A stretch of DNA of 64,000 nt, taken from assembly GCA_963804995.1 (NCBI GenBank), contig CAWDSK010000002.1:256001-320000 (forward strand), read 5' to 3'. Under the pieces are notes generated by a model, which saw only the letters and a program-made list of their open reading frames with translations, ran no database searches and was not told the DNA's origin. The first letter of the stretch is position 1; each line of letters begins with the position of its first letter. Origin of the DNA: an uncultured Acidobacteriota bacterium. Its GTDB lineage: Bacteria > Acidobacteriota > Terriglobia > UBA7540. The translations under genes were made by a program, and so were the position numbers. Positions 1-9,319 of this stretch are shown here, in pieces.

Positions 1-833
1 CATCGCTCGGGCGGCTGTGGACGATCTTCGAAGCTCAACCCGACATCGACAACCGCGCCATCCCGGCAAATCCCGTTACTACGCTCGGTGGCGAAATCGA
101 ATTCCGCAATCTGAGTTTCAGCTACAACGGGCACGCGATTTTAAAGGGGATCAACCTGCACATTCCCGCCGGCAAAACCGTGGCCGTGGTGGGCGCGACG
201 GGATCCGGGAAATCCACCCTGGTCAGCTTGATTCCGCGCCTCTACGACGCCCCGGCAGGCTCCCTGTTGATCGACGGGGTTCCCATCCGCGAAATTCCTC
301 TTCAGACCCTGCGCGCGCACATCGGGTTTGTGCCCCAGGAAACATTTCTCTTCAGCCAGACGATTCGTGAGAACATCCGGCTGGGAACGCCGGGGGCGTC
401 AGAGGCAGAGGTGGAGCGCGCCGCGGAGATTTCCAACATCCTTCCCGAGATTCGCGGCTTCCCCAAGAAATTTGACACCACGGTCGGCGAGCGCGGGTTG
501 ACGCTCTCCGGTGGGCAGAAGCAGCGGACGGCCATCTCCCGCGCGGTGATTCGCAATCCGCGCATCCTGATTCTGGATGATGCCCTCTCAAGCGTTGATA
601 CGTATACGGAAGAAACCATCCTGCGGCAACTGACCGGCATCATGGCGGGCCGCACGACCATCCTGATTTCGCACCGCGTCTCTACGATTCAGAATGCCGA
701 TGAGATTGTGGTGCTGCACGACGGGGAAATTGTGGAGCGTGGCACGCACGCGGAATTGCTGGCGCTCAATGGGTTCTATACGGAGCTTTATAACAAGCAG
801 TTGATCGAGGAGGAGTTGGAGAAGGAAGCGTAG
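1..833 (+). CDS. ABC exporter permease/ATP-binding subunit A (5'-truncated by window edge)
   Basis: Frame open from position 3 (SLGRLWTIFEAQPDI...GEIEFRNLSFSY). Walker A GATGSGKS, signature LSGGQ, degenerate Walker B ILILDDA, H-loop ISHR. Confidence 0.93.
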   Translation, partial: SLGRLWTIFEAQPDIDNRAIPANPVTTLGGEIEFRNLSFSYNGHAILKGINLHIPAGKTVAVVGATGSGKSTLVSLIPRLYDAPAGSLLIDGVPIREIPLQTLRAHIGFVPQETFLFSQTIRENIRLGTPGASEAEVERAAEISNILPEIRGFPKKFDTTVGERGLTLSGGQKQRTAISRAVIRNPRILILDDALSSVDTYTEETILRQLTGIMAGRTTILISHRVSTIQNADEIVVLHDGEIVERGTHAELLALNGFYTELYNKQLIEEELEKEA

Positions 834-836
834 CTA

Positions 837-942
837 AGGAGTCAGAAGTCAGGAGTCAGGAGCCAGAATGGAAGCACCGCTCAGGCCGTTCAGGCTGCCG
901 GAGTTATTCGTTCTGACTCCTGACTTCTGACTCCTGAGTCCT
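837..942. repeat. Inverted pair of 7-bp tandem arrays (AGRAGTC)n / (TYCTGAC)n
   Basis: AGGAGTC AGAAGTC AGGAGTC AGGAGCC AGAA at 837-868; complementary TTCTGAC TCCTGAC TTCTGAC TCCTGAG TCCT at 911-942. Confidence 0.9.
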
Positions 943-952
943 CACAAGACCT

Positions 953-2830
953 ATGGCTGATACGTTCCACGAAGAAGAGGTCCTCGGCAAAGCGTACGAC
1001 TCGCGGCTGATGCGGCGGTTGATGGAGTACCTGCGCCCGTATTGGCGGATGACGCTGTTCGCGCTGATCGCCATCTTGTTTTACGGAATCCTGCAGGCCG
1101 CGCCAGGTTACCTGCTGAAAGTGGAAGTGGACCGTTACCTTGACCCCACGGGTGGACAGCGCCTGCCGGCGGTGCTGGCGCAATACCTGAGCAACGATCC
1201 GTTGAAAGGCATCGCGCAAATTGCCTTCGTGCTCTTTCTGCCGACGGTGATCCTCAGCTTCCTCCTGGAATTCTCACAATCTTTCGCCATGCAATTCGTA
1301 GGGCAAAAGGTGATGTACGATCTGCGCAAGCAGATTTTCCTTCACCTCCAGCGGCTGGAGATGGGCTTTTTCGACCGCAACCCGGTGGGCCGACTGGTGA
1401 CCCGCCTGACCACCGACGTGGACGTGCTGAACGATCTCTTCGCCTCCGGCGTGGTGGCCATCTTCGGCGACGTCTTCTCGCTGCTCAGCATCATGGTGGT
1501 GATGCTGAAACTGAACTGGAAGCTGGCGCTGCTGACTTTTTCGGTGCTACCCATAATCGTGATCATCACCGGGGCGTTCCGGCGCGCCGTGCGGGAATCG
1601 TACCGGCGCATCCGTGTGGCCATCGCGCGCATCAATGCGTATTTGCAGGAGCACATTACCGGCGTGGCCGTACTGCAACTCTTCAATCGCGAGGAGCGTA
1701 GTTACGACGAATTTGAGGAGACCAACCGTGCCCACATGGAAGCCTACAAGGATTCCATCCTGGCGTATGGCCTTTTCTATCCCGCCGTGGAACTGGTGGG
1801 AGTGGCGGCCGTCTGCATCATTCTTTATATGGGCGGCGGGATGACGTTGCGCGGCATTGTCAGCGTGGGCACGGCCATCGCCTTCATTCAGTACTCCCAG
1901 CGCTTCTTCCGCCCCATCCAGGATCTGAGCGATAAGTACAACCTGCTGCAGGCCGCCATGGCGAGTTCGGAACGCATCTTCAAGCTGCTGGATACGCCGG
2001 TGAAGATCGAGGATCCTCCCCATCCCAAGCTGCTTGAGGATCCCCGCGGCCAGGTGGATTTCCAGAAGGTCGGGTTTGCTTACCGGGAAAACCAGAAGGT
2101 CGTGGAAAATGTCAGCTTCACGATCGAGCCGGGCGAAACGGTGGCAGTGGTGGGACACACGGGCGCCGGCAAGACCACCCTCACCAACCTGCTGCTGCGC
2201 TTTTACGATGTGCAGGAGGGCCGGATTACGTTCGACGGCGTCGATATCCGCAACCTGCGCCTGCGTGATCTGCGGAAGAATTTCGGCATCGTGCTGCAAG
2301 ATCCATTTCTGTTTTCGGGGACGATCACGAGCAATATTCGGCTGGGCAGCGATTGGATTACCGATGTGCAGGTGCGTGCGGCGGCGCGGCAAGTGAAGCT
2401 GCTGGATTTTCTCGAAAGCCTTCCGGCGGGTTTTGACGAACCGGTGAAAGAACGCGGCGCCACGCTTTCGGTGGGTCAGAAGCAACTACTCTCTTTCGCG
2501 CGCGCCCTGGCGCACAATCCGCGGATATTGGTTCTGGATGAGGCCACTTCGAGCGTGGACCCTGAAACCGAGCACCTCCTGCGCGAAGGCATGCGCCGCC
2601 TGATTGAGAACCGCACTTCGCTGGTGATCGCGCACCGGCTCTCAACGATTCAAAACGCCACCAAGATTGTGGTCATGCACAAGGGTCACGTCCGCGAGGT
2701 GGGCACGCATCAGGAATTACTCCAGAAGCGTGGAATTTACTTCAAGCTCTACCAGCTTCAGTACAAGGATCAGGAGATCCCCCTGGCGCCGGTTGGTTCC
2801 GCCACGGAGTCCTTGCCAGAACGTTCTTAA
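953..2830 (+). CDS. ABC exporter permease/ATP-binding subunit B (MdlB/TM288-like)
   Basis: N-terminal transmembrane domain, Walker A GHTGAGKT, degenerate signature LSVGQ, Walker B ILVLDEA, IAHRLST. Confidence 0.95.
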   Translation: MADTFHEEEVLGKAYDSRLMRRLMEYLRPYWRMTLFALIAILFYGILQAAPGYLLKVEVDRYLDPTGGQRLPAVLAQYLSNDPLKGIAQIAFVLFLPTVILSFLLEFSQSFAMQFVGQKVMYDLRKQIFLHLQRLEMGFFDRNPVGRLVTRLTTDVDVLNDLFASGVVAIFGDVFSLLSIMVVMLKLNWKLALLTFSVLPIIVIITGAFRRAVRESYRRIRVAIARINAYLQEHITGVAVLQLFNREERSYDEFEETNRAHMEAYKDSILAYGLFYPAVELVGVAAVCIILYMGGGMTLRGIVSVGTAIAFIQYSQRFFRPIQDLSDKYNLLQAAMASSERIFKLLDTPVKIEDPPHPKLLEDPRGQVDFQKVGFAYRENQKVVENVSFTIEPGETVAVVGHTGAGKTTLTNLLLRFYDVQEGRITFDGVDIRNLRLRDLRKNFGIVLQDPFLFSGTITSNIRLGSDWITDVQVRAAARQVKLLDFLESLPAGFDEPVKERGATLSVGQKQLLSFARALAHNPRILVLDEATSSVDPETEHLLREGMRRLIENRTSLVIAHRLSTIQNATKIVVMHKGHVREVGTHQELLQKRGIYFKLYQLQYKDQEIPLAPVGSATESLPERS

Positions 2831-2841
2831 TGGACTACATT

Positions 2842-3102
2842 CGGGGCGCGTGATCCGGGACACGGGTTACGGGACACGGGACACGGGATACGGACGAACC
2901 CCAATTTTCGAATTCGGGGTTCGAACGAGGGCCAAGTGAGTTCACCCAGGGAATCGGCTATCCCAACCCCGTGCATCGGGACCGGGTCATTACCTTGCAA
3001 GATGTGCGCCGAGCTGTCGGCTGACAGACGCCGCTCCTGAGTCCCGAAACGCGTATCCCGTTCCCCGTGTCCCGTACCCCGTACCCCGTACCCCGTATCC
3101 CG
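2842..3102. repeat. Inverted pair of 7-bp tandem arrays (CGGGACA)n / (TACCCCG)n
   Basis: CGGGACA CGGGTTA CGGGACA CGGGACA CGGGATA from 2856; TATCCCG TTCCCCG TGTCCCG TACCCCGx3 TATCCCG ending at 3102. Confidence 0.9.
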
Positions 3103-3116
3103 AGCCTCAAAGTGAA

Positions 3117-4286
3117 ATGTCCAAAGTTACCATCATGATCGTGGCCGGTGAGCGCTCCGGCGACATCTACGGCGCCGGCCTGGCACGCGCTCTGGAGAAG
3201 CGTCTGCCCGGGTTGGAGGTTTTCGGCTGTGGCGGCGATGCCATGCGGCAAGCCGGAGCCGTCACCGTCGTGGACGCGCACCAGATGGCCATGGCCGGGG
3301 TCACGGAAATCATCTCAGGAATCCCGCGCGCCTATCGCGCCTTTCATCGCCTGCTTGAGGAAGCCGACCGCCGCAAACCCCAGCTTGCCATCCTGATTGA
3401 CTTTCCGGAATTCAACCTGCGCATGGCGCGGCAACTCAAGAAACGGAACATCCCGGTAGTCTACTTCGTGAGCCCGCAGGTCTGGGCGTGGCGCAAGCGG
3501 CGGATTAAGAAATTGAAGGCCCGCGTCGCCAAGATGATCGTCATTTTCGATTTTGAAGAAGAGATCTATCGGAAGGCGGGGGTGCCGGTCGAGTACGTTG
3601 GGCATCCGCTCCTGGACATGGTTCGGCCGCATCTGACGCGCGAGGAGTTCTTCAGCAAAGTGGGCCTGGACGCTTCTCTGCCTACGGTTGCACTGCTGCC
3701 CGGCAGCCGCGAAAAGGAAGTCACCAAAAACCTGCCGGTGATGCTGGACGCCGCGACCCGCCTGACGGTCGATCACAAATTGCAGTTCGTCGTCGCCGTA
3801 GCGCCCTCCATCGACCCGGTCTGGCTTGAAACCACCCTGCTGCAATTTTACGTGGGTCGAGCGGTCGTCCGCCCGGCCGTGCACATCACCTACGACGCGC
3901 TGCAACACTCGGAAGTGGCCGTGGTGGCCAGCGGCACGGCGACGCTGGAGGCGGCCCTGCGCGAGCGTCCCATGGTGGTGGTTTACCGCGTCTCACCCCT
4001 CACTTGGTTTGTAGGAAAGCTTCTGGTGGACGTGCCCTATTACAGCATGGTGAACATCCTGGCGAAGAAGGAGATTGTCCCCGAGTTGATGCAGCACGAT
4101 TTCAATGCTGCGAACGTCGCGTCGCGGGTAGAATACTTATTGGAACATCCCGAAGCCCGCCAGGCGATGATCGAGGGGTTTCGGGCCTTGGTGCCCCGCT
4201 TGGGACCGGGAGGCGCCATTGCGCGCGCCGCCGATGCCGTGGTGGGGGTACTCCAATCTTCCGGCACAGCCGCCCCGGCGACTTAA
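3117..4286 (+). CDS. lpxB: Lipid-A-disaccharide synthase
   Basis: Motifs IVAGERSGD, IDFPEFN, YFVSPQVWAWR, YVGHP, LLPGSR, ASGTATLE. Confidence 0.95.
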   Translation: MSKVTIMIVAGERSGDIYGAGLARALEKRLPGLEVFGCGGDAMRQAGAVTVVDAHQMAMAGVTEIISGIPRAYRAFHRLLEEADRRKPQLAILIDFPEFNLRMARQLKKRNIPVVYFVSPQVWAWRKRRIKKLKARVAKMIVIFDFEEEIYRKAGVPVEYVGHPLLDMVRPHLTREEFFSKVGLDASLPTVALLPGSREKEVTKNLPVMLDAATRLTVDHKLQFVVAVAPSIDPVWLETTLLQFYVGRAVVRPAVHITYDALQHSEVAVVASGTATLEAALRERPMVVVYRVSPLTWFVGKLLVDVPYYSMVNILAKKEIVPELMQHDFNAANVASRVEYLLEHPEARQAMIEGFRALVPRLGPGGAIARAADAVVGVLQSSGTAAPAT

Positions 4287-4447
4287 GAAATCGACCGCGA
4301 CTCGAATTTAACTTTTGTGGGATGCAACGCAGAGGTCCAGCGAACAATCCAACCGAATGGTTGCCCTTTTGAGGGGCGGCGGAGCGAAACCATCGGGTTG
4401 GCATCCACGTCAAGGTTAATACAGGAATGGTAGTGGTACAGGTGGAT

Positions 4448-4481
4448 GTAGCGGCGAGTTTACCTCGCCATATGGCGGCGT
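4448..4481 (+). repeat. GTAG-type REP (family 2), single copy
   Basis: GTAGCGGCGAGTTTACCTCGCCAT hairpin, matching the arms at 6766-6840. Confidence 0.8.
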
Positions 4482-4690
4482 CCCGATCAGATCGGGATGA
4501 ATGCCGCCACCGCTACTTGGACCACTGCCAAAGGAATACGGACCCCCTGCCGCGCGTCAGCAATCACTTTCAAGTCGAGTGGCAGGCGACGTGGTGTGAG
4601 ATGAAAACAGGCAGAGGGGGGTTCACCCGCCTGAGGTGGCAGTGCCAGCGCGGAGCGCACAACACAACGATTCCGCGAGGAGAGCCGAGC

Positions 4691-6718
4691 ATGACGCAAA
4701 TCAGATCAGGGGGCCCGTGGGCATTTCCGGGCACTTTCCGCTTCAATCCGCGGTGGCTGCTCGAAGCGGGACTGCTGAGCCTGATTTTGGCAGTAGGGGC
4801 GGGCTTAGGCAGGGCGCAAGTCTCCGCGCCCCGGTTTGAGGTCACCAACTACCTCATCAACGCGGAGTTGTATCCCTCCACGCACGTCCTGAGTGCGAAG
4901 GTACGTGTAGATCTTCTGCCCAGGACTGACCTTACTACCTTGTCGTTCGAACTCCACAGCAACCTCCGAGTTGAGAAAGTCCTGGATACCAAGGGTCAAG
5001 AGGTGTCTTTCAAGCAAGAAGGCCAGGCTCTGACCCTGTCACTCTTGAACCCCTTACCCGCGGGCAAGCCGGCTTCGATCATGCTGAGTTACGGTGGAAC
5101 ACTCAATACCGCCGATGGCAGCCCGGTGGAAGGACTGAAGCTGGCGTATGTGGGCACCGAGGGCTCTTACCTTCTCTACCCGGGCCGGTGGTTCCCTGTT
5201 AGCGGCTATGGGGTCAATCGTTTCACTGCCACCATGAAGATCACCGTCCCCTCAGAAGAGACCGTGATTGCTTCCGGGAAATCCGGGGGCCTGGAACGCG
5301 AGGCGGGAAAAGTAACTTACACTTATGAGTTCGGCAAGGCCTCGTTCCCGGGAACCGTCATCACGGGCCGCTATGTGGTACAGCCGGCCACCGCCGTCGG
5401 CGCGGATATCGCTCTCTACCTCAAACCCGGCCATGAGAATCTTGCCGCGAGCTATGGTGATACGGCGGCGAAGATCCTGGCCTTTTACAGCGATGAGTTC
5501 GGCCCGTTGCCGAGCGCCCACCTGGCGATCGTTGAAATCGAAGACGGCACGGTGGGCGGTTACACGTCACCCGGCGTGGTAGCCCTGGCCTCACGTGCGT
5601 TCACGACCACGGTCAATTACCGGCTGCTGGCGCACGAGATTTCCCACTTGTGGTGGCGGTGCCTGGTCAATCCCGCGACTCCTAATGATGCCGTTCTCAA
5701 CGAAGGCCTGGCCTCTTACTCAGCCGCCATGTATGTGCAGCAGTTTGCAGGGGACGCAGCCTTTGAAGATCTGATGCGTGAGACGGAGGTGGGCGCGCTG
5801 ACCCATGAGGAGGTGGCGCCCATTGCGCAGGCCGGGCAATTGCATGAGTTCACCCCTGAGTACGACTCGATCGTTTTCAAGAAGGGGTCCATGGTGTTCC
5901 ACATGCTCCGCTGGGTGGTGGGGGACGAAGCGTTTCGTAAGACGCTGCGGACCATGGGGCAGGAGTACGCCTGGAAATCCATCTCCACGGATCAATTCCA
6001 GCGCCTGGTGGAAAAAATTTCCAAACAGCAGTTGACCTATTTCTTTGCGCAGTGGGTCAGCTCCACCGGTGTGCCGCAATTTAAGCGGAGCTGGGCCGTT
6101 TATCGGCTGCAAAAGGGCTACCAGGTGATTGGCAAGGTTCAACAAGACCTGGATATCTTCCGCATGCCGGTGGAGGTTCGGGTCATCTGCCAGGGTTCCA
6201 AACCCGTTAACCAGCGCATAGAAATGGTGGGCACGACGGCGGACTTCACCATCGATACTCGCACCAAGCCCCTGCGCGTCCTGGTCGACCCGGCCAGCCG
6301 CATCCTCAAATTCGACGATAAAACCAAGTATCAAGTTGAGCTGGCCCGCGCCGATCAGCTTGTCCAGCAAGAGGCGTATCTGGAAGCCATCAAGCAGTAT
6401 CAGGATGTCCTGGAGCTCAATAAGAACAGCTCGCTGGCCCACTACCGGCTGGGTGAATTACATCTCAAATTGCGCAATTACAACGCCTCGATGGAGGAAT
6501 TCCGGCGCGCCCTGGATGGCGATTTGGATCCCAAGTGGGTGGAAGTCTGGGCGCACCTGCAACTGGGGAAAATTTTCGACGTGACCGGCCAGCGCGACCG
6601 CGCCCTTAACGAATATCAACGCGCCCTGCAGACCAATGACAATACCCAGGGAGCGCTGGACGAAGCCAATCGGTATATCCAAAAACCCTACACAGCCCCG
6701 CAGACCGCGACAAGCTGA
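4691..6718 (+). CDS. Secreted M1-family (gluzincin) aminopeptidase-like protein with C-terminal TPRs
   Basis: Signal-like N-terminus, HEISH...NEGLASY zinc motif, C-terminal TPR helices. ATG 4691 preferred over the ORF-caller start at 4427, which runs through a REP. Confidence 0.85.
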   Translation: MTQIRSGGPWAFPGTFRFNPRWLLEAGLLSLILAVGAGLGRAQVSAPRFEVTNYLINAELYPSTHVLSAKVRVDLLPRTDLTTLSFELHSNLRVEKVLDTKGQEVSFKQEGQALTLSLLNPLPAGKPASIMLSYGGTLNTADGSPVEGLKLAYVGTEGSYLLYPGRWFPVSGYGVNRFTATMKITVPSEETVIASGKSGGLEREAGKVTYTYEFGKASFPGTVITGRYVVQPATAVGADIALYLKPGHENLAASYGDTAAKILAFYSDEFGPLPSAHLAIVEIEDGTVGGYTSPGVVALASRAFTTTVNYRLLAHEISHLWWRCLVNPATPNDAVLNEGLASYSAAMYVQQFAGDAAFEDLMRETEVGALTHEEVAPIAQAGQLHEFTPEYDSIVFKKGSMVFHMLRWVVGDEAFRKTLRTMGQEYAWKSISTDQFQRLVEKISKQQLTYFFAQWVSSTGVPQFKRSWAVYRLQKGYQVIGKVQQDLDIFRMPVEVRVICQGSKPVNQRIEMVGTTADFTIDTRTKPLRVLVDPASRILKFDDKTKYQVELARADQLVQQEAYLEAIKQYQDVLELNKNSSLAHYRLGELHLKLRNYNASMEEFRRALDGDLDPKWVEVWAHLQLGKIFDVTGQRDRALNEYQRALQTNDNTQGALDEANRYIQKPYTAPQTATS

Positions 6719-6765
6719 GGCGCTGGCGGCTTCAGCCCCTAAGCGCTAACTTAAGTCACCATGGT

Positions 6766-6840
6766 CGTAGCGGCGGGTTTACCCCGCCATTTTCGCGGCG
6801 GCGTCACGCCGCCACATGGCGAGGTAAACTCGCCGCTACG
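6766..6840. repeat. Inverted pair of GTAG REPs (REPIN-like, family 2)
   Basis: GTAGCGGCGGGTTTACCCCGCCAT...GGCGGCGTCACGCCGCC...ATGGCGAGGTAAACTCGCCGCTAC. Confidence 0.85.
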
Positions 6841-6848
6841 TACCGACA

Positions 6849-6915
6849 GGCTGGCGCAGCTCTGCCACTCATCCGTTTCGCTTACCATATCGCAGAGTTT
6901 TACTCTGCGCCGGCC
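6849..6915 (+). repeat. ~75-bp double-hairpin repeat, copy A (GGCTGGCGCAG family)
   Basis: GGCTGGCGCAGCTCTGCCACTCATCCGTTTCGCTTACCATATCGCAGAGTTTTACTCTGCGCCGGCC; homologous to 8483-8560 and 11615-11692. Confidence 0.9.
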
Positions 6916-6995
6916 TATGACGGTTCCTTATTGGCAATCTTTGCTAATTCTGCCACAATCTCCTTGAGAATCGATACCCCGATAAGGAACGACCC

Positions 6996-7238
6996 ATGCC
7001 CACGCGCAATGTGAATCTGACTGACGAGCTTGATCGTTTCGTGCTGAAGAAAGTCGAAAGTGGCCGTTACGAAAACGCCAGTGAGGTTGTCCGTGCCGCC
7101 TTGCGCACCTTGGAGCGCGAAGAGCAGCAATACGAGGCGAAGCTTGCCGCGCTGAGGATGGCGATTGATGAAGGTGACGCGAGTGGCGTTGCCGACGGGA
7201 ATTCCTTTGCGCGCGTCCGGCGGGCTGGCGCAGGGTGA
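6996..7238 (+). CDS. parD: ParD-family (CC2985-like, ribbon-helix-helix) antitoxin, orphan
   Basis: MPTRNVNLT...VESGRYENASEVVRAALR...LAALRMAIDEGDASG; RBS AAGGA. No ParE-like ORF follows. Confidence 0.85.
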   Translation: MPTRNVNLTDELDRFVLKKVESGRYENASEVVRAALRTLEREEQQYEAKLAALRMAIDEGDASGVADGNSFARVRRAGAG

Positions 7239-7248
7239 AACCCTGCGA
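7223..7248 (+). repeat. Half copy of GGCTGGCGCAG repeat overlapping the parD 3' end
   Basis: GGCTGGCGCAGGG-TGAAA-CCCTGCGA, with a compensatory stem change relative to CGCAGAG/CTCTGCG. Confidence 0.75.
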
Positions 7249-7519
7249 CTTTGGGATCGACCCGCATCGAACCAACGAGTCTTAGAGCGTTGCGTTACCC
7301 TGCTGCTCCCCATGTGACCATAATCAGTCAACAGCAGGTTTTGTGGTCTCAGAATTTGAGGCATGATGACAGCCTGCGCGGATGCGGCTGGGGTTATACT
7401 GGAGGCAGCAGCGGGAAGGCAGTATGAACACTCTGCCCTATGAACTCCGCTCCCGCAGGCAGTGGCGGGTTTTCGTCTCTTGCCCTCGGTTGCTCCCCCT
7501 GCCGGCTCGGGGAAGGGTG

Positions 7520-8449
7520 ATGTCGTCGCTGAAGCATTTTGCCGCGGTTCTGATTCTGTGTGGCCGGCTTGCCGTGCCCCACTCCGCTGCCGCCATGCCA
7601 TCCCAGCTTCTGCCACCAGACGAATTAAGGTACTACGATCGAGCCAGGTCCGTTGTGGACCTGACCCCGGCCGAACTGCGGAAAGCATACCCCGAACTCT
7701 ATGATCTGGATCCCGTGCGTAGCCAGAACGACCTCGGCCGCATCCTGCAAAAGGTAGGCGAAGGGGTTGAGGCGTTCATCCGTGACTTCCCCAACACAGC
7801 GTCGCTCGAAAGTGTGCGGCGGGAAAGGCTCGACCGGAAAGGGATTGTCCTGGAAAGCGATACGCAGACTTTCAACTATCTGGCGTTGGGTCGCAGCGAG
7901 GGAAGCAAAGGGGGCCTGAGTGAGATCCGTACGGACAACATGGGCAGGCCCCTCGAACCCCATGCCATGAACGGGCCCTCCATACTCACCATTGGGTTTG
8001 TGTCCATGGTGATGTACTTCCACCCCAAACTCCAGCCCGACTCCACCTTTCGTTACCTCGGGCATCTGACGGTCGATGGTCGTGACGCCTATGTGGTGGC
8101 CTTCGCGCAGCGGCCGGAGGCAGCGCAAGTGGGCACCTGGCTCGAATTTGGAAGCCAGTCCAGCAGGATCCTCGTGCAGGGGATTGCCCAGATTGACGCC
8201 GATTCCTCCCAGATTCTTCAGATGCGTGTGGACCTGCTCGCACCACGGCCCGACCTGGGAGTGAACAAGTATTCCACGGAACTCCATTTTGGCAAAGCTC
8301 GGTTCAGACAAATCTCCAAGACGTTGTGGACCCCCCATAAGGTGGTTGTGACCTTGGATCTGGGCGGCCAATTATTTCGGAATTACCACCACTACTCCCA
8401 CTTCAATTTGTTCAACGTGGAAGCGAAGATAAAGGAGGACGCCCCCTAG
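7520..8449 (+). CDS. Putative secreted hypothetical protein
   Basis: Long ORF with signal-peptide-like N-terminus (MSSLKHFAAVLILCGRLAVPHSAAA) and beta-rich C-terminus. Start uncertain. Confidence 0.7.
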   Translation: MSSLKHFAAVLILCGRLAVPHSAAAMPSQLLPPDELRYYDRARSVVDLTPAELRKAYPELYDLDPVRSQNDLGRILQKVGEGVEAFIRDFPNTASLESVRRERLDRKGIVLESDTQTFNYLALGRSEGSKGGLSEIRTDNMGRPLEPHAMNGPSILTIGFVSMVMYFHPKLQPDSTFRYLGHLTVDGRDAYVVAFAQRPEAAQVGTWLEFGSQSSRILVQGIAQIDADSSQILQMRVDLLAPRPDLGVNKYSTELHFGKARFRQISKTLWTPHKVVVTLDLGGQLFRNYHHYSHFNLFNVEAKIKEDAP

Positions 8450-8482
8450 CCGCCCCCCGCCGACCTCCCCAAGCCCAGAAGC

Positions 8483-8560
8483 GGCCGGCTGGCATAGAGC
8501 GCAGCTCTGCGACTCATCCGCATCGCTCACCATATCGCAGAGTCTTACTCTGCGCCCACC
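8483..8560 (+). repeat. ~75-bp double-hairpin repeat, copy B
   Basis: GGCCGGCTGGCATAGAGCGCAGCTCTGCGACTCATCCGCATCGCTCACCATATCGCAGAGTCTTACTCTGCGCC. Confidence 0.9.
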
Positions 8561-8651
8561 CGCCGACGGCACATTCTGTAAGACTGCGCGGGCACGGGGT
8601 ATTTCTGCGGGTAGGCCGTATTACGACCGAGTGAGTCTTCTCGCCTGTTGA

Positions 8652-8687
8652 TTTTGCAAGAAAAAAGTGTTATTTTTTCTTGCAAAA
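8652..8687. promoter_or_regulatory. Perfect 15-bp inverted repeat, probable AbiEi autorepression operator
   Basis: TTTTGCAAGAAAAAA-GTGTTA-TTTTTTCTTGCAAAA ending 14 nt upstream of the antitoxin ATG. Confidence 0.7.
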
Positions 8688-8701
8688 CGAATGGATAAAG
8701 T

Positions 8702-9319
8702 ATGGCGCAAACAATTGAAAATAAGGTCGTAAGCCGCATTCGAGGAACCGCTAGAGGGTGGGCATTCTCGCCACGTGATTTTCTGGACCTTGGCGAGCGG
8801 CCAACCATCGATTCTGCCCTGCATCGCCTTGCCCAACAAGGACAGGTTCGGCGCATCATCCGCGGTATCTACGACTGCCCGCGCTCCAGTAACCTTCTAA
8901 AACAACCCTTGAGTCCGGACATTGACCAGGTTGCCCGCGCCTTGGCGCGCAAATTTCGGTGGCGGATTCAACCCAGCGGGGCAACCGCTCTGAATATCTT
9001 GGGCTTATCAGCTCAAGTTCCAGCGCGCGTTGTCTATCGGTCCGACGGCCCGGACCGTAACTACAGGGTTGGCAATACGAACTTGGTTTTCGAACATACT
9101 GCGCTCAAAGAGGCGGGTTTCAAACTGCGGGAGAGCGGCTTAATCGTTCAAGCCATCCGCTCTCTCGGGCAGGAACACGTGACGCCGGATGTCGTTACCA
9201 AAATCCGATCATGGTTGCCGCCTTCTCTGCGCTCCAAAGTCCTGGCGGATACCAAGACCGCTACCGGATGGGTGTACGCCACGATACAGCGCATTACCGA
9301 GGGGGAGCAACGTGGATAA
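8702..9319 (+). CDS. abiEi: Type IV toxin-antitoxin antitoxin, AbiEi-like (DUF6088-type)
   Basis: N-terminal wHTH (FSPRDFLDLG...IDSALHRLAQQGQVRRIIRGIY), SGATALNILGLSAQVP; overlaps the downstream nucleotidyltransferase gene. Confidence 0.82.
   Translation: MAQTIENKVVSRIRGTARGWAFSPRDFLDLGERPTIDSALHRLAQQGQVRRIIRGIYDCPRSSNLLKQPLSPDIDQVARALARKFRWRIQPSGATALNILGLSAQVPARVVYRSDGPDRNYRVGNTNLVFEHTALKEAGFKLRESGLIVQAIRSLGQEHVTPDVVTKIRSWLPPSLRSKVLADTKTATGWVYATIQRITEGEQRG

Noticed and set aside
4427..4690. ORF-caller N-terminal extensions (also 14429, 21675, 33273, 34971, 38417, 49595, 53447)
   Set aside because: The extensions run through repeats, promoters or neighbouring genes; downstream starts with an RBS or family-typical N-termini were preferred.
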